Origin: a virus
Virus record (IMG/VR): IMGVR_UViG_3300032092_000005
Location: 1-64,000 of that record
Strand: one strand, 5' to 3'
Length of the DNA: 64,000 nucleotides
Positions 1-9,379 of this stretch are shown in pieces. The notes under the pieces were generated by a model. It saw nothing but the letters and a program-made list of their open reading frames with translations, did no database searches and was not told the DNA's origin. Position 1 is the first letter of the stretch, and each line of letters starts with the position of its first letter. The position numbers and the translations under genes are program-made.

Positions 1-491
1 TAGCTACACTAAACGCAATCAAAGATGACGAGGAACTATTGATGAAGATCAAGACGTTCAACAATTCAAAAGTCCGCCAGCAAAAACAAATCACAAATGT
101 CAGCAAGCACGTTTCGGAATTGATGCAATTCATTACCGACTACTATCAAAAAGAAGCTGATTCTAAAAAAACTGATAAGGGTAAGCTAGTGGCTACAGCA
201 AAGCGCGACAACATCCTCAAGTTCTTTTCACCTAAAAACAAAGTCCAACTAGAAAACATCTTCACACTAATGAATCTCATAGCAGAAGCTAAGTTGATTC
301 TAGTTAAGAAGATGGACGAAGTAAAAACACTAAACACATTTCTATTGACTAAAGATGGATATCAAGTCACTGGAGTTGAAGGCTATGTTGCTATCGATAA
401 GATCAAAGGCAATGCAGTCAAGCTAATTGATAGAATGCAGTTTAGCTATGCAAATTTTTCACCAAATATAATAAAGGGATGGCAAAGATGA
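1..491 (+). CDS. C-terminal part of conserved T4-like hypothetical protein (5'-truncated by window)
   Basis: Frame open from window edge; EGYVAID...AVKLIDRMQFSYANF...KGW tail typical of a conserved gene of aquatic T4-like phages. Confidence 0.6.
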   Translation, partial: ATLNAIKDDEELLMKIKTFNNSKVRQQKQITNVSKHVSELMQFITDYYQKEADSKKTDKGKLVATAKRDNILKFFSPKNKVQLENIFTLMNLIAEAKLILVKKMDEVKTLNTFLLTKDGYQVTGVEGYVAIDKIKGNAVKLIDRMQFSYANFSPNIIKGWQR

Positions 492-1306
492 AATCGTTCA
501 AAGAATATGGCGCGGTTGAAGAAGCAGCCGATGCGGGCCTTGCAGCTAAAGCAGCTAAGTCTGGCATTTCAATTGAAACACTGCGAAAAGTGTATCGCCG
601 TGGTGTTGCAGCATGGAATTCTGGGCATCGTCCAGGAACTACACCACAACAGTGGGGCATGGCACGTGTAAACTCTTACATCACAAAGGGTAAGGGCACA
701 TGGGGCGGCGCAGATAAAGACCTTCATGAAGCAGAAGTGCCAAAAGATAAAGAATCTGGATTACCTAAAAAATATGTTGCAGGACTTTCTGCATCTACTG
801 CAAAAGCTAGAGCAGCACATTTCGACAAAGCTGATAAATTATCAGACAAGGATCCAGAAGCATACAAGCCAGCGCCAGGCGATGCTACTGCAAAGACTAA
901 AGAATCTAAGCATACTAAAAAGTATCGTGAAATCTTTGGTGAAGATATGGACGAAGAAATCCACGAAGCGTGTTGGGCTGGATACAAACAAGTCGGTCTA
1001 AAGAAGAAGGGCGACAAGATGGTGCCTAACTGTGTGCCTGAATCTGGCGTTAAAGAAGCTACATATCAGGGCAAAGAAGTACCACTAAATAAACCTATGG
1101 CTGGAGACATTAAGAAGTCTAAGGTCTATGTTGATCCTGATGGTGACGGCAAAGCACAGAAAGTAAATTTCGGTGACAAAAACATGTCAATCAAAAAAGA
1201 TCAACCAGAAAGAAAGAAATCATATTGCGCACGTTCTAGTGGACAAGGCAATCTAACAGATAAGAGTAGTGCAAACTATTGGTCACGTAGAGCATGGGAT
1301 TGCTAA
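488..1306 (+). CDS. Modular putative internal head protein (DUF5824-like + DUF6321-like modules)
   Basis: MKSFKEY...EE N-terminus resembling T4 capsid-targeting sequence; VYRRGVAAW..QQWGMARVNSY, CWAGYKQVG..VPNCV and VNFGD..YCAR..ANYWS modules. Confidence 0.6.
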   Translation: MKSFKEYGAVEEAADAGLAAKAAKSGISIETLRKVYRRGVAAWNSGHRPGTTPQQWGMARVNSYITKGKGTWGGADKDLHEAEVPKDKESGLPKKYVAGLSASTAKARAAHFDKADKLSDKDPEAYKPAPGDATAKTKESKHTKKYREIFGEDMDEEIHEACWAGYKQVGLKKKGDKMVPNCVPESGVKEATYQGKEVPLNKPMAGDIKKSKVYVDPDGDGKAQKVNFGDKNMSIKKDQPERKKSYCARSSGQGNLTDKSSANYWSRRAWDC

Positions 1307-1381
1307 AGCTTATTAATTCTGAGAACCCAACACTGTATTATAACAAGGCACCGAAACTTTGTCAAGTGAAATATAGGTAAT

Positions 1382-1389
1382 TATAAATA
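1382..1389 (+). promoter_or_regulatory. T4-type late promoter TATAAATA
   Basis: Exact gp55 consensus in intergenic region before 1461 CDS. Confidence 0.75.
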
Positions 1390-1460
1390 AAGATATCACA
1401 GTTAGGCTACGGCAAACCTGTACTATAATATAACGGATAAGTCTAAGGAAAACTCCAAGA

Positions 1461-3614
1461 ATGAAATCATTTAAGCAAGCATTTTCAACTTCTATCACAG
1501 AAGCGAAAAGCAAATCAAAAGTAGTTGTAGTCTATGGCGGTGGTTTTCAACCATTTCACGCAGGACACCTCAGCAGCTATACTCAAGCTAAAGCTAAATT
1601 CCGCACTCCAGACTTTTTCGTTGCGTCTAGTAACGATATCAAAGTTCGACCAATTCCATTTAAAGACAAAGAATTCTTAGCGCAGCAAGCTGGCGTTACG
1701 GATCGTTTCGTTCAAGTTGTCCAGCCTATCAATCCTATAGAGATTATGAAAGCGTATGACAAAGATACTGACATTCTAATTCTTGTTCGATCAGAACGTG
1801 ATCCGATGAAGTACACAAAGAAGGATGGCTCAGCAGCGTACTATCAACCATTCGTAAGCATCGATAAGTGTGAGTCATTTGAAAAACACGCATACATTTT
1901 TGTAACCAAGAAGTTCGACTTTAAGGTTGCAGGACAAGAAGCATTCTCTGGCAGTCAGATCAGAAAAATGTATTCCGAAGCAGATTCAGAAAATAGGGAC
2001 CAGATCATAAGCGACTTGTACCCAAAAGCAAAAAACAAAGCTAAAGTAAGAAAGCTTTTAGACAAATACATAGGAGGCGGAATGAAAGAAGAACACGAAA
2101 TTGAAGAAGCAAGAATGAGTGCTGCTGTAAAATTAAGCAGAGCGTGGGATAGACAAAAGGCTAAGAGTGACGCAAGTAGAAAGCGTGGAGAAGAATTGTT
2201 GAAGCCTAAGAAGCCAGCAGAAAGTTCCGAAACTAAAAAGAATGAGTTGAGTGAAGTTCTATCGTTATCAGCACGTAGAGCAAGAGGAATGCAATTCAGA
2301 AGAATGCAATCCAGAATTCAGACAGCAAAAAAACGCGCATCATTAAGATTTGCATCTCCAGAAAAACTTAATAATCGTGCAAGACGCGCAGCAATTAGAT
2401 TCCTCAAAGCGCGTGTAAGCAACAATAAAAGCTATGCAAGCATGTCTCCTGGTGAAAAAATAAACGTAGACAAAAGAGTTCAAAAAATGCTTCCGTCTGT
2501 AGGACGTATTGCATCTAGATTGTTGCCTCAAGTTAGAAATGCCGAAACGCAAAGAAAAACAAGTCAATCACAGGCAAAAGAATCTATTGATGTTAATCTA
2601 CAGTTCAAGACATTGTTCTCAGAAGCAGCAGATAAAGAAACTAGCCGTATTGATCAATTAGTTCGTATGGGTTTAGCTGACAAGAAGATGTTAAGTATCA
2701 TCAAGCAGGCAGTTGCTAAGTTAAAAAATGGTGACACACTAAACAACAATGAACGCAAAGCTACAAATGATCTATTGACAACACTCCTAGACATGGTAAC
2801 ATCAAGTGATGCATTGTTTAGAATGACGAAGGGTGAGTTGCAAAAAGAAGATTACAGTTATGAAGATGACGATTACTCCGATGCAGATAGCTACTATGAT
2901 GCAGCAGATAAAGCAGATGATGCTACTGATGGACTATACATGGCTAAAACTCAAGTCAATGCAATGATTGATGATGCAGAAGAAGTTCTTGCAATGCTAG
3001 ATGACATGGAAGAAGAGCCAGATGCATGGGTTCTATCTAAGGTCACACTTGCATATGACTATGTTTCTACAGTAAAAGACTATCTAGAGTTCAATTCGGA
3101 AGATGATTCGGAAGAAGATAATTCTGATGACGAAATGGATGATGAAGATATGTATGATGCAGTTTCTGGAATGTCTGAAGAAGATTTCGACAGCAGAGAA
3201 TCATACAGAGCATGGAACAGTCTATTCGAAAATAAGAATGCACTAAAGCAAAAGGCTGAGAAGTATGGCATTTCATTTGAAATCATTAGTGAAGTATACG
3301 CAAGAGGCATCGATTCTTGGGATGCAGAAATGAATGATACATTCACACCACAACAATGGGCATTTGCTAGAGTAAACTCATTCGTTGCTAGAGGTAATGG
3401 TAGCTGGAATACAGCAGACAAAGACTTAGCTGAGAAAGTTATGATCAATGAGAAGTTTTCAGATTCTATGGAATTTGGAACAGATTCGCTAAGAGCTAAA
3501 TACGCCAAAGACACTCCTGGTCAACAAGATAGTAAGCCAGCAGAATCATACAAAAAGAATTTAATTAAAAGTCTTGTAGCTAAGAAAACTGCAACACAAT
3601 CTACGGAGAAATAA
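1461..3614 (+). CDS. Cytidyltransferase-like (HIGH-motif) protein with acidic region and C-terminal DUF5824-like module
   Basis: VVVYGGGFQPFHAGH and SGSQIR motifs; VYARGIDSW..QQWAFARVNSF module. Confidence 0.7.
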   Translation: MKSFKQAFSTSITEAKSKSKVVVVYGGGFQPFHAGHLSSYTQAKAKFRTPDFFVASSNDIKVRPIPFKDKEFLAQQAGVTDRFVQVVQPINPIEIMKAYDKDTDILILVRSERDPMKYTKKDGSAAYYQPFVSIDKCESFEKHAYIFVTKKFDFKVAGQEAFSGSQIRKMYSEADSENRDQIISDLYPKAKNKAKVRKLLDKYIGGGMKEEHEIEEARMSAAVKLSRAWDRQKAKSDASRKRGEELLKPKKPAESSETKKNELSEVLSLSARRARGMQFRRMQSRIQTAKKRASLRFASPEKLNNRARRAAIRFLKARVSNNKSYASMSPGEKINVDKRVQKMLPSVGRIASRLLPQVRNAETQRKTSQSQAKESIDVNLQFKTLFSEAADKETSRIDQLVRMGLADKKMLSIIKQAVAKLKNGDTLNNNERKATNDLLTTLLDMVTSSDALFRMTKGELQKEDYSYEDDDYSDADSYYDAADKADDATDGLYMAKTQVNAMIDDAEEVLAMLDDMEEEPDAWVLSKVTLAYDYVSTVKDYLEFNSEDDSEEDNSDDEMDDEDMYDAVSGMSEEDFDSRESYRAWNSLFENKNALKQKAEKYGISFEIISEVYARGIDSWDAEMNDTFTPQQWAFARVNSFVARGNGSWNTADKDLAEKVMINEKFSDSMEFGTDSLRAKYAKDTPGQQDSKPAESYKKNLIKSLVAKKTATQSTEK

Positions 3615-3615
3615 A

Positions 3616-5910
3616 ATGGCAGATTTAAAAACACAATTTGGATTTACAGATAGTCTATTTGACGCAATCAATGAAGTAAAAAAAGCTTCAGGTACTAGTC
3701 TTGCTGGCGCTGATGCGCAGATCAAAAGAGCAAAAGCAAATTTAGATGCGGCAGAATTAAGAGCAAGCCATGAAAAAGAACGCGAAAAAGTTCAAAAGAA
3801 AAAAGAATCTCTCCGTACAGAAGAAGTTGAAGAAACCTCAGAAAAGTTTGATCCTCTTAAGCACGTTAAGAATCCTACATCAGGCGAAAAGAAAGCAGCT
3901 AAAGATGTAAAGCGTAGTAGTTATGCTGACCGTGCAGCTATGTTAAAATCAGCACAAGCAGGCGGTAGACTGAAAGAAGAAGAAGAAGTTGAAGAAGAAA
4001 GTCACCAGTCTAAGACTACAATGAAGCACATTAACAATCCAAATGCTGCTGAAAAGAAAGCTGCTAAAGATATCAAGCCTGGTATTAAAGGTGTTAAAGA
4101 TAGATTGGATATGCTCAAAGCTGCAAAGGCACGCGGCGCTTTGAAAGAAGAAGAGCTAGAAGAATCGTTTAGTCCTTCACAAATTGCAGCACTGAAAAAA
4201 GAATACTCTAAGATTAATGGTATTGATCCTTCAAGCGATAACTACAAAAAGCTAATCGCTATGCTAGACAAATTAGACTTAGCTTCATTGAAGTCACTAG
4301 CTGGCGCTGATATCAAGTTTGTTTCTAGTCTTGCTAAGAATCGTGTTATGAGAAAGAGCATGAAGAAAGAAGAAGTTGAGATTGAAGAGGGCACTGGCGA
4401 TCTAAAACCAGGATGGATGCTAAAGAAAGATCCAGAGTTGGCTAAGAAAGTAAAAGAAAAACAAGACTTAGCTAAGAAACGAGAAGCTTCATACGGCGAC
4501 AAGTCTGCTGGAAAGTCTGTAGCAGAAGGCATCATGGACAAGATCAAGGCAGTAAAGCGTGGTATGGATGCTAAAGCTAAAGCTGATGATCATTTTGACA
4601 AAGCTGGTGATCCAAAAAATCCAAATAAATCTAAAGACTTGAAACGCGCAGTTAAGTACCATAACTTAGTCAACAAAGAAGAGACTGAGATTGAAGAAGA
4701 ATTGTCTCCGGCACAAAAAGCAATTGATAAGAACAAGAATGGTAAGATTGATGGGACTGACTTGGCACATCTACGTAGCAAAAAGAAACAACCTCAAGGT
4801 GCCGAATTTGCTGCTGCAAGACGCAAAGAAAGAATGGCATCAAATGGTCGTATGGATGAAGAAGTTAAAGTTGGAGACAAAGTTAGCTTTGATCATGAGA
4901 TGAAAGCGATTCCTGGCAAGACTATGAAAAAGATAGGAACAGTACACAAAGTTGAAGACGGCACTGTACACATTAAAGTTAAAGATAAATATGGCGTGAT
5001 AACTCATAAGAAAAGTGCAAGCGAACTAACTAAAGAAGAGTTTGAGTCTATTGACGAAGCGCCAAAGTACGACAACAAATATACAATCTATCACAAAGAC
5101 TATTCTAGCGCAGTTCAACATGCAGCAGTTCATGCTGGCAAACAAGGTTATGAAATCGACCATGATGATTGGGACCGTGTAGTTGCAATGGGTCCTAAGA
5201 AGCCTTCTGCTGGCAAGACAAATATTTTAAATGTGTCGCTAAAGAAAGACGGCAAAGAATCTAAGAAGAAACTTCATATGCAAGTCTACAATATGGACAA
5301 CAAAGGCTATGAGTTAAATACATACGTTGAAGAGATGGAGCAAGGTGTGGCAGAAGGCTTAATAAAAGATATCAAGCGTTTGGCTACAGGTAAAGATGTT
5401 AAGAGTCGTGCTGGACAAGAAATAGCCAAATCACAAGATGCCAGTATGAAAGGCGATACTAAAACTTCTAAAAAGCATTTTGGCCGTTTTGACAAGTTAG
5501 ATAAGTTAGCAAATAAAGAGCAAGGTGTGGCGGAAGAAGTTCAAGAATTAGATGAGTTGAACAAAGACACTGTATATTCATACGCAAAGAAGTCTGAAAA
5601 AGATCAAGATGATCAAGAGAAAAAAATGGATAAAGCATTCAAAGCTAATGATCCAAAAAAAGCTAATGATGCAGGCAGAAAGTTTCTGAATAGATTAAAA
5701 GGTTCAGAACGTGCTGAGAAAAGATTGAACAAAGAAGAAGTTGAACTAGACGAAGCAGCAAAGCAGCCTACAAAAAGATTCAAAGATATGAAAAAGAAAA
5801 ACACTGCTGGAACTAAATCGGAAGAAGGCGCAAGCAAAAAAGGTGAACCTTTAAGCGGCAAGAAAGAAGCTATCGAAGTTAATCCAGAATTGCATAAGAA
5901 TCAAAAGTAA
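3616..5910 (+). CDS. Lys/Glu-rich modular putative internal head polyprotein
   Basis: Basic modules separated by IEE/LEE/VAE/LDE acidic linkers; EF-hand-like DKNKNGKIDGTD. Confidence 0.55.
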   Translation: MADLKTQFGFTDSLFDAINEVKKASGTSLAGADAQIKRAKANLDAAELRASHEKEREKVQKKKESLRTEEVEETSEKFDPLKHVKNPTSGEKKAAKDVKRSSYADRAAMLKSAQAGGRLKEEEEVEEESHQSKTTMKHINNPNAAEKKAAKDIKPGIKGVKDRLDMLKAAKARGALKEEELEESFSPSQIAALKKEYSKINGIDPSSDNYKKLIAMLDKLDLASLKSLAGADIKFVSSLAKNRVMRKSMKKEEVEIEEGTGDLKPGWMLKKDPELAKKVKEKQDLAKKREASYGDKSAGKSVAEGIMDKIKAVKRGMDAKAKADDHFDKAGDPKNPNKSKDLKRAVKYHNLVNKEETEIEEELSPAQKAIDKNKNGKIDGTDLAHLRSKKKQPQGAEFAAARRKERMASNGRMDEEVKVGDKVSFDHEMKAIPGKTMKKIGTVHKVEDGTVHIKVKDKYGVITHKKSASELTKEEFESIDEAPKYDNKYTIYHKDYSSAVQHAAVHAGKQGYEIDHDDWDRVVAMGPKKPSAGKTNILNVSLKKDGKESKKKLHMQVYNMDNKGYELNTYVEEMEQGVAEGLIKDIKRLATGKDVKSRAGQEIAKSQDASMKGDTKTSKKHFGRFDKLDKLANKEQGVAEEVQELDELNKDTVYSYAKKSEKDQDDQEKKMDKAFKANDPKKANDAGRKFLNRLKGSERAEKRLNKEEVELDEAAKQPTKRFKDMKKKNTAGTKSEEGASKKGEPLSGKKEAIEVNPELHKNQK

Positions 5911-6401
5911 TGGACAAGCTGCCGCAGATATACTGTGACATGGACCAAGTCCTTGTCAATCTCATTGGAGGAGCTAACGAAGTCTTACGTGCGCGTGGAC
6001 TTCCAAACTTTCCTGAAGCAGATAAAGAAGAAAAGTGGAATGCACTAAAAAGCGTTCCTAAGTTTTGGGCTAATTTAAAGCCAATGCCTGACGGCCTTTT
6101 ATTATGGAAATTCATTCGTCAACACAATGCGTGGATTCTGTCTACGCCTTCAAGACGTATGGAAACGTGTAGACCTGAAAAGATTGAGTGGGTCAGAAAA
6201 AACCTAGGTAATGTCGAGCATATTTATTTGGTACCAAGAGAAGACAAGCAAAAATTTGCAATGACTGAAGATGGTAAACCAAATCTATTGATTGACGATC
6301 ACATTAAAAACATTAATGAATGGGAATCAAAAGGTGGTATAGGTATTCGTCATATAAATACAATGAAGACAATTTCACAACTAAGAAAATTAGGATACTA
6401 A
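5910..6401 (+). CDS. HAD-family 5'(3')-deoxyribonucleotidase-like protein
   Basis: IYCDMDQVL motif I, K..W, LIDD..KNI..W...GGIGI. Confidence 0.85.
   Translation: MDKLPQIYCDMDQVLVNLIGGANEVLRARGLPNFPEADKEEKWNALKSVPKFWANLKPMPDGLLLWKFIRQHNAWILSTPSRRMETCRPEKIEWVRKNLGNVEHIYLVPREDKQKFAMTEDGKPNLLIDDHIKNINEWESKGGIGIRHINTMKTISQLRKLGY
6353..6360 (+). promoter_or_regulatory. T4-type late promoter TATAAATA
   Basis: Exact consensus ~55 nt upstream of 6417 start. Confidence 0.65.
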
Positions 6402-6416
6402 TAAAAGGAGAACACC

Positions 6417-6896
6417 ATGGCACTATGGGGAAAAAGAGATAGATACAGCATCACTGGTACTGCAAACGCAGTTCTAGGATCAGCTACAGTAACAGGTAAC
6501 GCAGCAGCAATTTTTACTACAGAAATTGAAGGCCGCGATAGCTTGTATATTAATGGCACACACGTTAAAGTTGAGTCTGTTACGGCAGCAAACACACTAA
6601 CATTGTCTACAGCATGGCCATCAGCTAATGCATCTGCACAGACTATTTTCGGGCAAGATTCGCCTAAAGATATTCAGTTTGATGATATTGCTAACATCTA
6701 TGGCGTTGACTTAACAGAAGCTCAAGTTGTAGCTAACCGCGCAAAAGGTTTAAACACACCAGGCTGGGTTCGCTATAAGACATACACAGATATGCATGGT
6801 GTTACACGCCACAAAGCAGAATCACTTGTTGTTATGAGAAGCATGACACAAGCAGTTGCAAGCGATTCTGAAGATACAGTTGCAGCAGATAGCTAA
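6417..6896 (+). CDS. Putative virion structural/decoration protein
   Basis: MALWG start, Ala/Thr-rich beta content, PGWV..TYTD.HG..RHKAE.LV motif; strong SD; late promoter. Confidence 0.6.
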   Translation: MALWGKRDRYSITGTANAVLGSATVTGNAAAIFTTEIEGRDSLYINGTHVKVESVTAANTLTLSTAWPSANASAQTIFGQDSPKDIQFDDIANIYGVDLTEAQVVANRAKGLNTPGWVRYKTYTDMHGVTRHKAESLVVMRSMTQAVASDSEDTVAADS

Positions 6897-6969
6897 AATT
6901 ACATAATTGGTCCGAGTCCCGGAGTAGAATTCCCATTTAATTGGGTTTAAATAATAAGGAAGAAATAAA

Positions 6970-7392
6970 ATGGCAGATAAAAAAGTAACGGCGCTCACTG
7001 CGCTAACGGCAGCATCCAATAACGACATTCTTTTGATTGTAGATGATCCTCTGGGAACACCAATCTCTAAGAAGATTACTGTAGAAAATGTATTTGGTAA
7101 CACAACAAAAACTGACTTAGTTAAGTTTAATGTTGGTTCATCTAATACTAATCTTAGTGGAACAGCATTGAATTTATGGCCGATGGGTGGTCCAACATCC
7201 AATGTAACCGTTCAAGGATCATTAGCTATTGCTAACTCTGGTGTATTGAGAATTAATAGTTCTACGACACCATCGTCAAACAATACTGCTACTGCTGGAT
7301 GGACTGTTGGTCAGATTGGATGGGATGCAAACTATCTTTATGTTGCAGTGTCATCTTCAGTGATTAAAAGATTTACTGCAAATACATTCTAA
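6970..7392 (+). CDS. Putative virion fibre/structural protein
   Basis: MADKKVTALT..KKITV N-terminus and GQIGWDANYLYVAV C-terminus seen in phage fibre-like proteins. Confidence 0.55.
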   Translation: MADKKVTALTALTAASNNDILLIVDDPLGTPISKKITVENVFGNTTKTDLVKFNVGSSNTNLSGTALNLWPMGGPTSNVTVQGSLAIANSGVLRINSSTTPSSNNTATAGWTVGQIGWDANYLYVAVSSSVIKRFTANTF

Positions 7393-7398
7393 TACATT

Positions 7399-7749
7399 AT
7401 GTTATGCGATGAAGATTTTGATATCTACGCAATAAACAACTATCAAAATCCAAACTGTGTTTCGGTGTTAGAGTTTCTTGATGACTTAAATAGAATTAAG
7501 TACGTCAAGAGGCTCATAAACAAGTACGTAGATAAAGGCGAGTTGAGAGAAAGACTGATACTTAATCATATCATATTTCTCGCAAACGTTTTTGGGCCCG
7601 AAGCGACTGTTGCTATGTTAAGATATAAAGTTGAGAGCGAGAGTCATCCTGTTCTCAATTCATTCTTAAAATTTTTGAAATATTCTGATTCGAATGACAC
7701 TGGTCCATTAGATGATCAGCTTTTAGAAACATTAAAGAAGACGGTATAA
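7399..7749 (+). CDS. Conserved T4-like hypothetical protein
   Basis: YAINNYQNP..EF.DDL.RIKY.KRL..ERLILNHII motif. Confidence 0.65.
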   Translation: MLCDEDFDIYAINNYQNPNCVSVLEFLDDLNRIKYVKRLINKYVDKGELRERLILNHIIFLANVFGPEATVAMLRYKVESESHPVLNSFLKFLKYSDSNDTGPLDDQLLETLKKTV

Positions 7750-8795
7750 TGGCAAATTTAGTAGACATTTACATAGTTTATAGAGTTCTAAGAAAACTCA
7801 CTACACCATTCACAGAATGGCCTGCATTTGCTGCGGGCGTGATTGATGCTGAAGGAAACATTCTTAAGAAGTCTAAAGACAGAAATACTGTAGATGAAAT
7901 GGACTCATTTACTCCTCTAGATGTAATGGTACTTAAGCTAAAGAGGATTCTTGCTAAAGTGCCAGGTGGTCAGACTAAGTTTGCAACATATGCAGCAGCA
8001 TTGCTTCTAATCAAAGAAGACAAGTCATTGACAGAAGAAAACGTAGAGCAGAGATTTTCTGAGTACATTTCTTCCGATATGATCAATGAAGACATTGCTA
8101 ATGCAGTTGGTACTGGTAACATTGCAGGAACTACAGGTGATCCTCCTGGCGGTAGTAAAGTCATGATGCGTAGATTCGCAAAGAATGACGTATTCGTTGT
8201 TGACGCAAAAAAGTTTAATCAAGCTAGATTCGGTAAGAAGAAGTATCACAAGTACGAAACCTATGTAGGCAATGATGAAGTTGGTAATGCTATTCGTGTC
8301 TACGGGCGTAAGTATCCAAAAAGACCAATCATCATTCAGGATGAGTTGACTGGCGCAATGACATTCTTGCGCCATGGTCGTTCTGGCATGTTCACTGAAG
8401 CATGGATTGAGCCTAAGAAAGCTCCTGTCGCTAAAGAAGTAACTCCAGAAGACTTAAAGAATATTGAAGCTTATGCAGATAAGCTATTCAAAGCAGTAGG
8501 AATTGATGTTGCATTCACTAAACATTTTTTAGACAGAGTAAATGATGCGAGAAATAAAACACAAATTACGCCAACGGAACTGACAAATATGTTCAGAAAA
8601 TCCTATGGCAAATATGGTAAGAAAATCGCAGAGCTTGGACCAGATGCTGAAGCAGTCATTAATGATATGCAGTCAAACATCAATATGCCGTTTGTATTGA
8701 AGTTGGATCCAAGAAGCCAAGAACTTGATTTAGTAGCAAAAACAGTCATGCGTAAAAAGAACTTTATGACGCCTGACACTAAACTAAGCGTATAA
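7749..8795 (+). CDS. Conserved T4-like modular hypothetical protein
   Basis: YRVLRKLTTPFTEW..GVIDAEGNILK N-terminal domain; FTKHFLDRVND..KTVMRKK C-terminal module. Confidence 0.55.
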   Translation: MANLVDIYIVYRVLRKLTTPFTEWPAFAAGVIDAEGNILKKSKDRNTVDEMDSFTPLDVMVLKLKRILAKVPGGQTKFATYAAALLLIKEDKSLTEENVEQRFSEYISSDMINEDIANAVGTGNIAGTTGDPPGGSKVMMRRFAKNDVFVVDAKKFNQARFGKKKYHKYETYVGNDEVGNAIRVYGRKYPKRPIIIQDELTGAMTFLRHGRSGMFTEAWIEPKKAPVAKEVTPEDLKNIEAYADKLFKAVGIDVAFTKHFLDRVNDARNKTQITPTELTNMFRKSYGKYGKKIAELGPDAEAVINDMQSNINMPFVLKLDPRSQELDLVAKTVMRKKNFMTPDTKLSV

Positions 8796-8798
8796 GAT

Positions 8799-9374
8799 AT
8801 GAAAACATTTAAAGATTTTATGACGGAAGGCACTAAACTTGTTGCCGATGGACCTGTTATCAATGTGCATTATGATGGAAAACATATTGGAAATATTTTT
8901 GCATCAAATAAAAAAGATACTCCACACAAAGCATACTCAAAGCATTGGGATATGACTAGGCTGTTTAAATCTAAAAAAGCCGCCGCGGATTGGCTATCTC
9001 AAACTCACCAAACTGCTATTAAAGAAGGACAAGGTGTGTTGGAAGGTGCGGATCAAAAGAAACCAACACTTCCACCACATCTACTAAAACTTATTAAAGA
9101 CAAGCAGTTGGATAAAAAGCCTATGGTACAAACTTCTAAAGTAAAAGACGTAACTCCAAAAGGATACGGACCTAACGAGGAAACAAACACTGATAGATTT
9201 AAAAAGTACACCCGTCCTGTAGTAAAGACTACACCAAAGATTGAGAAAGATACAAATCCATCTGGAAGAACTACTGATCACGTTGAGTGGAAAGTAACTA
9301 CTCACACAGGTGAAGTGCATAGACACAAGACAAAGAAAGAAGCGCAAGCTCACTTTGATTCGTTACCGAAATAA
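8799..9374 (+). CDS. Putative capsid-targeted internal protein
   Basis: MKTFKDFMTE matches the T4 internal-protein capsid targeting sequence pattern (MKTYQEFIAE). Confidence 0.6.
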   Translation: MKTFKDFMTEGTKLVADGPVINVHYDGKHIGNIFASNKKDTPHKAYSKHWDMTRLFKSKKAAADWLSQTHQTAIKEGQGVLEGADQKKPTLPPHLLKLIKDKQLDKKPMVQTSKVKDVTPKGYGPNEETNTDRFKKYTRPVVKTTPKIEKDTNPSGRTTDHVEWKVTTHTGEVHRHKTKKEAQAHFDSLPK

Positions 9375-9379
9375 ACATT

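Noticed and set aside
1398-1456. c-di-GMP-I riboswitch (GGCAAAC)
   Set aside because: Lacks the GNRA-capped P2, GACGCAAAGC and P3 elements
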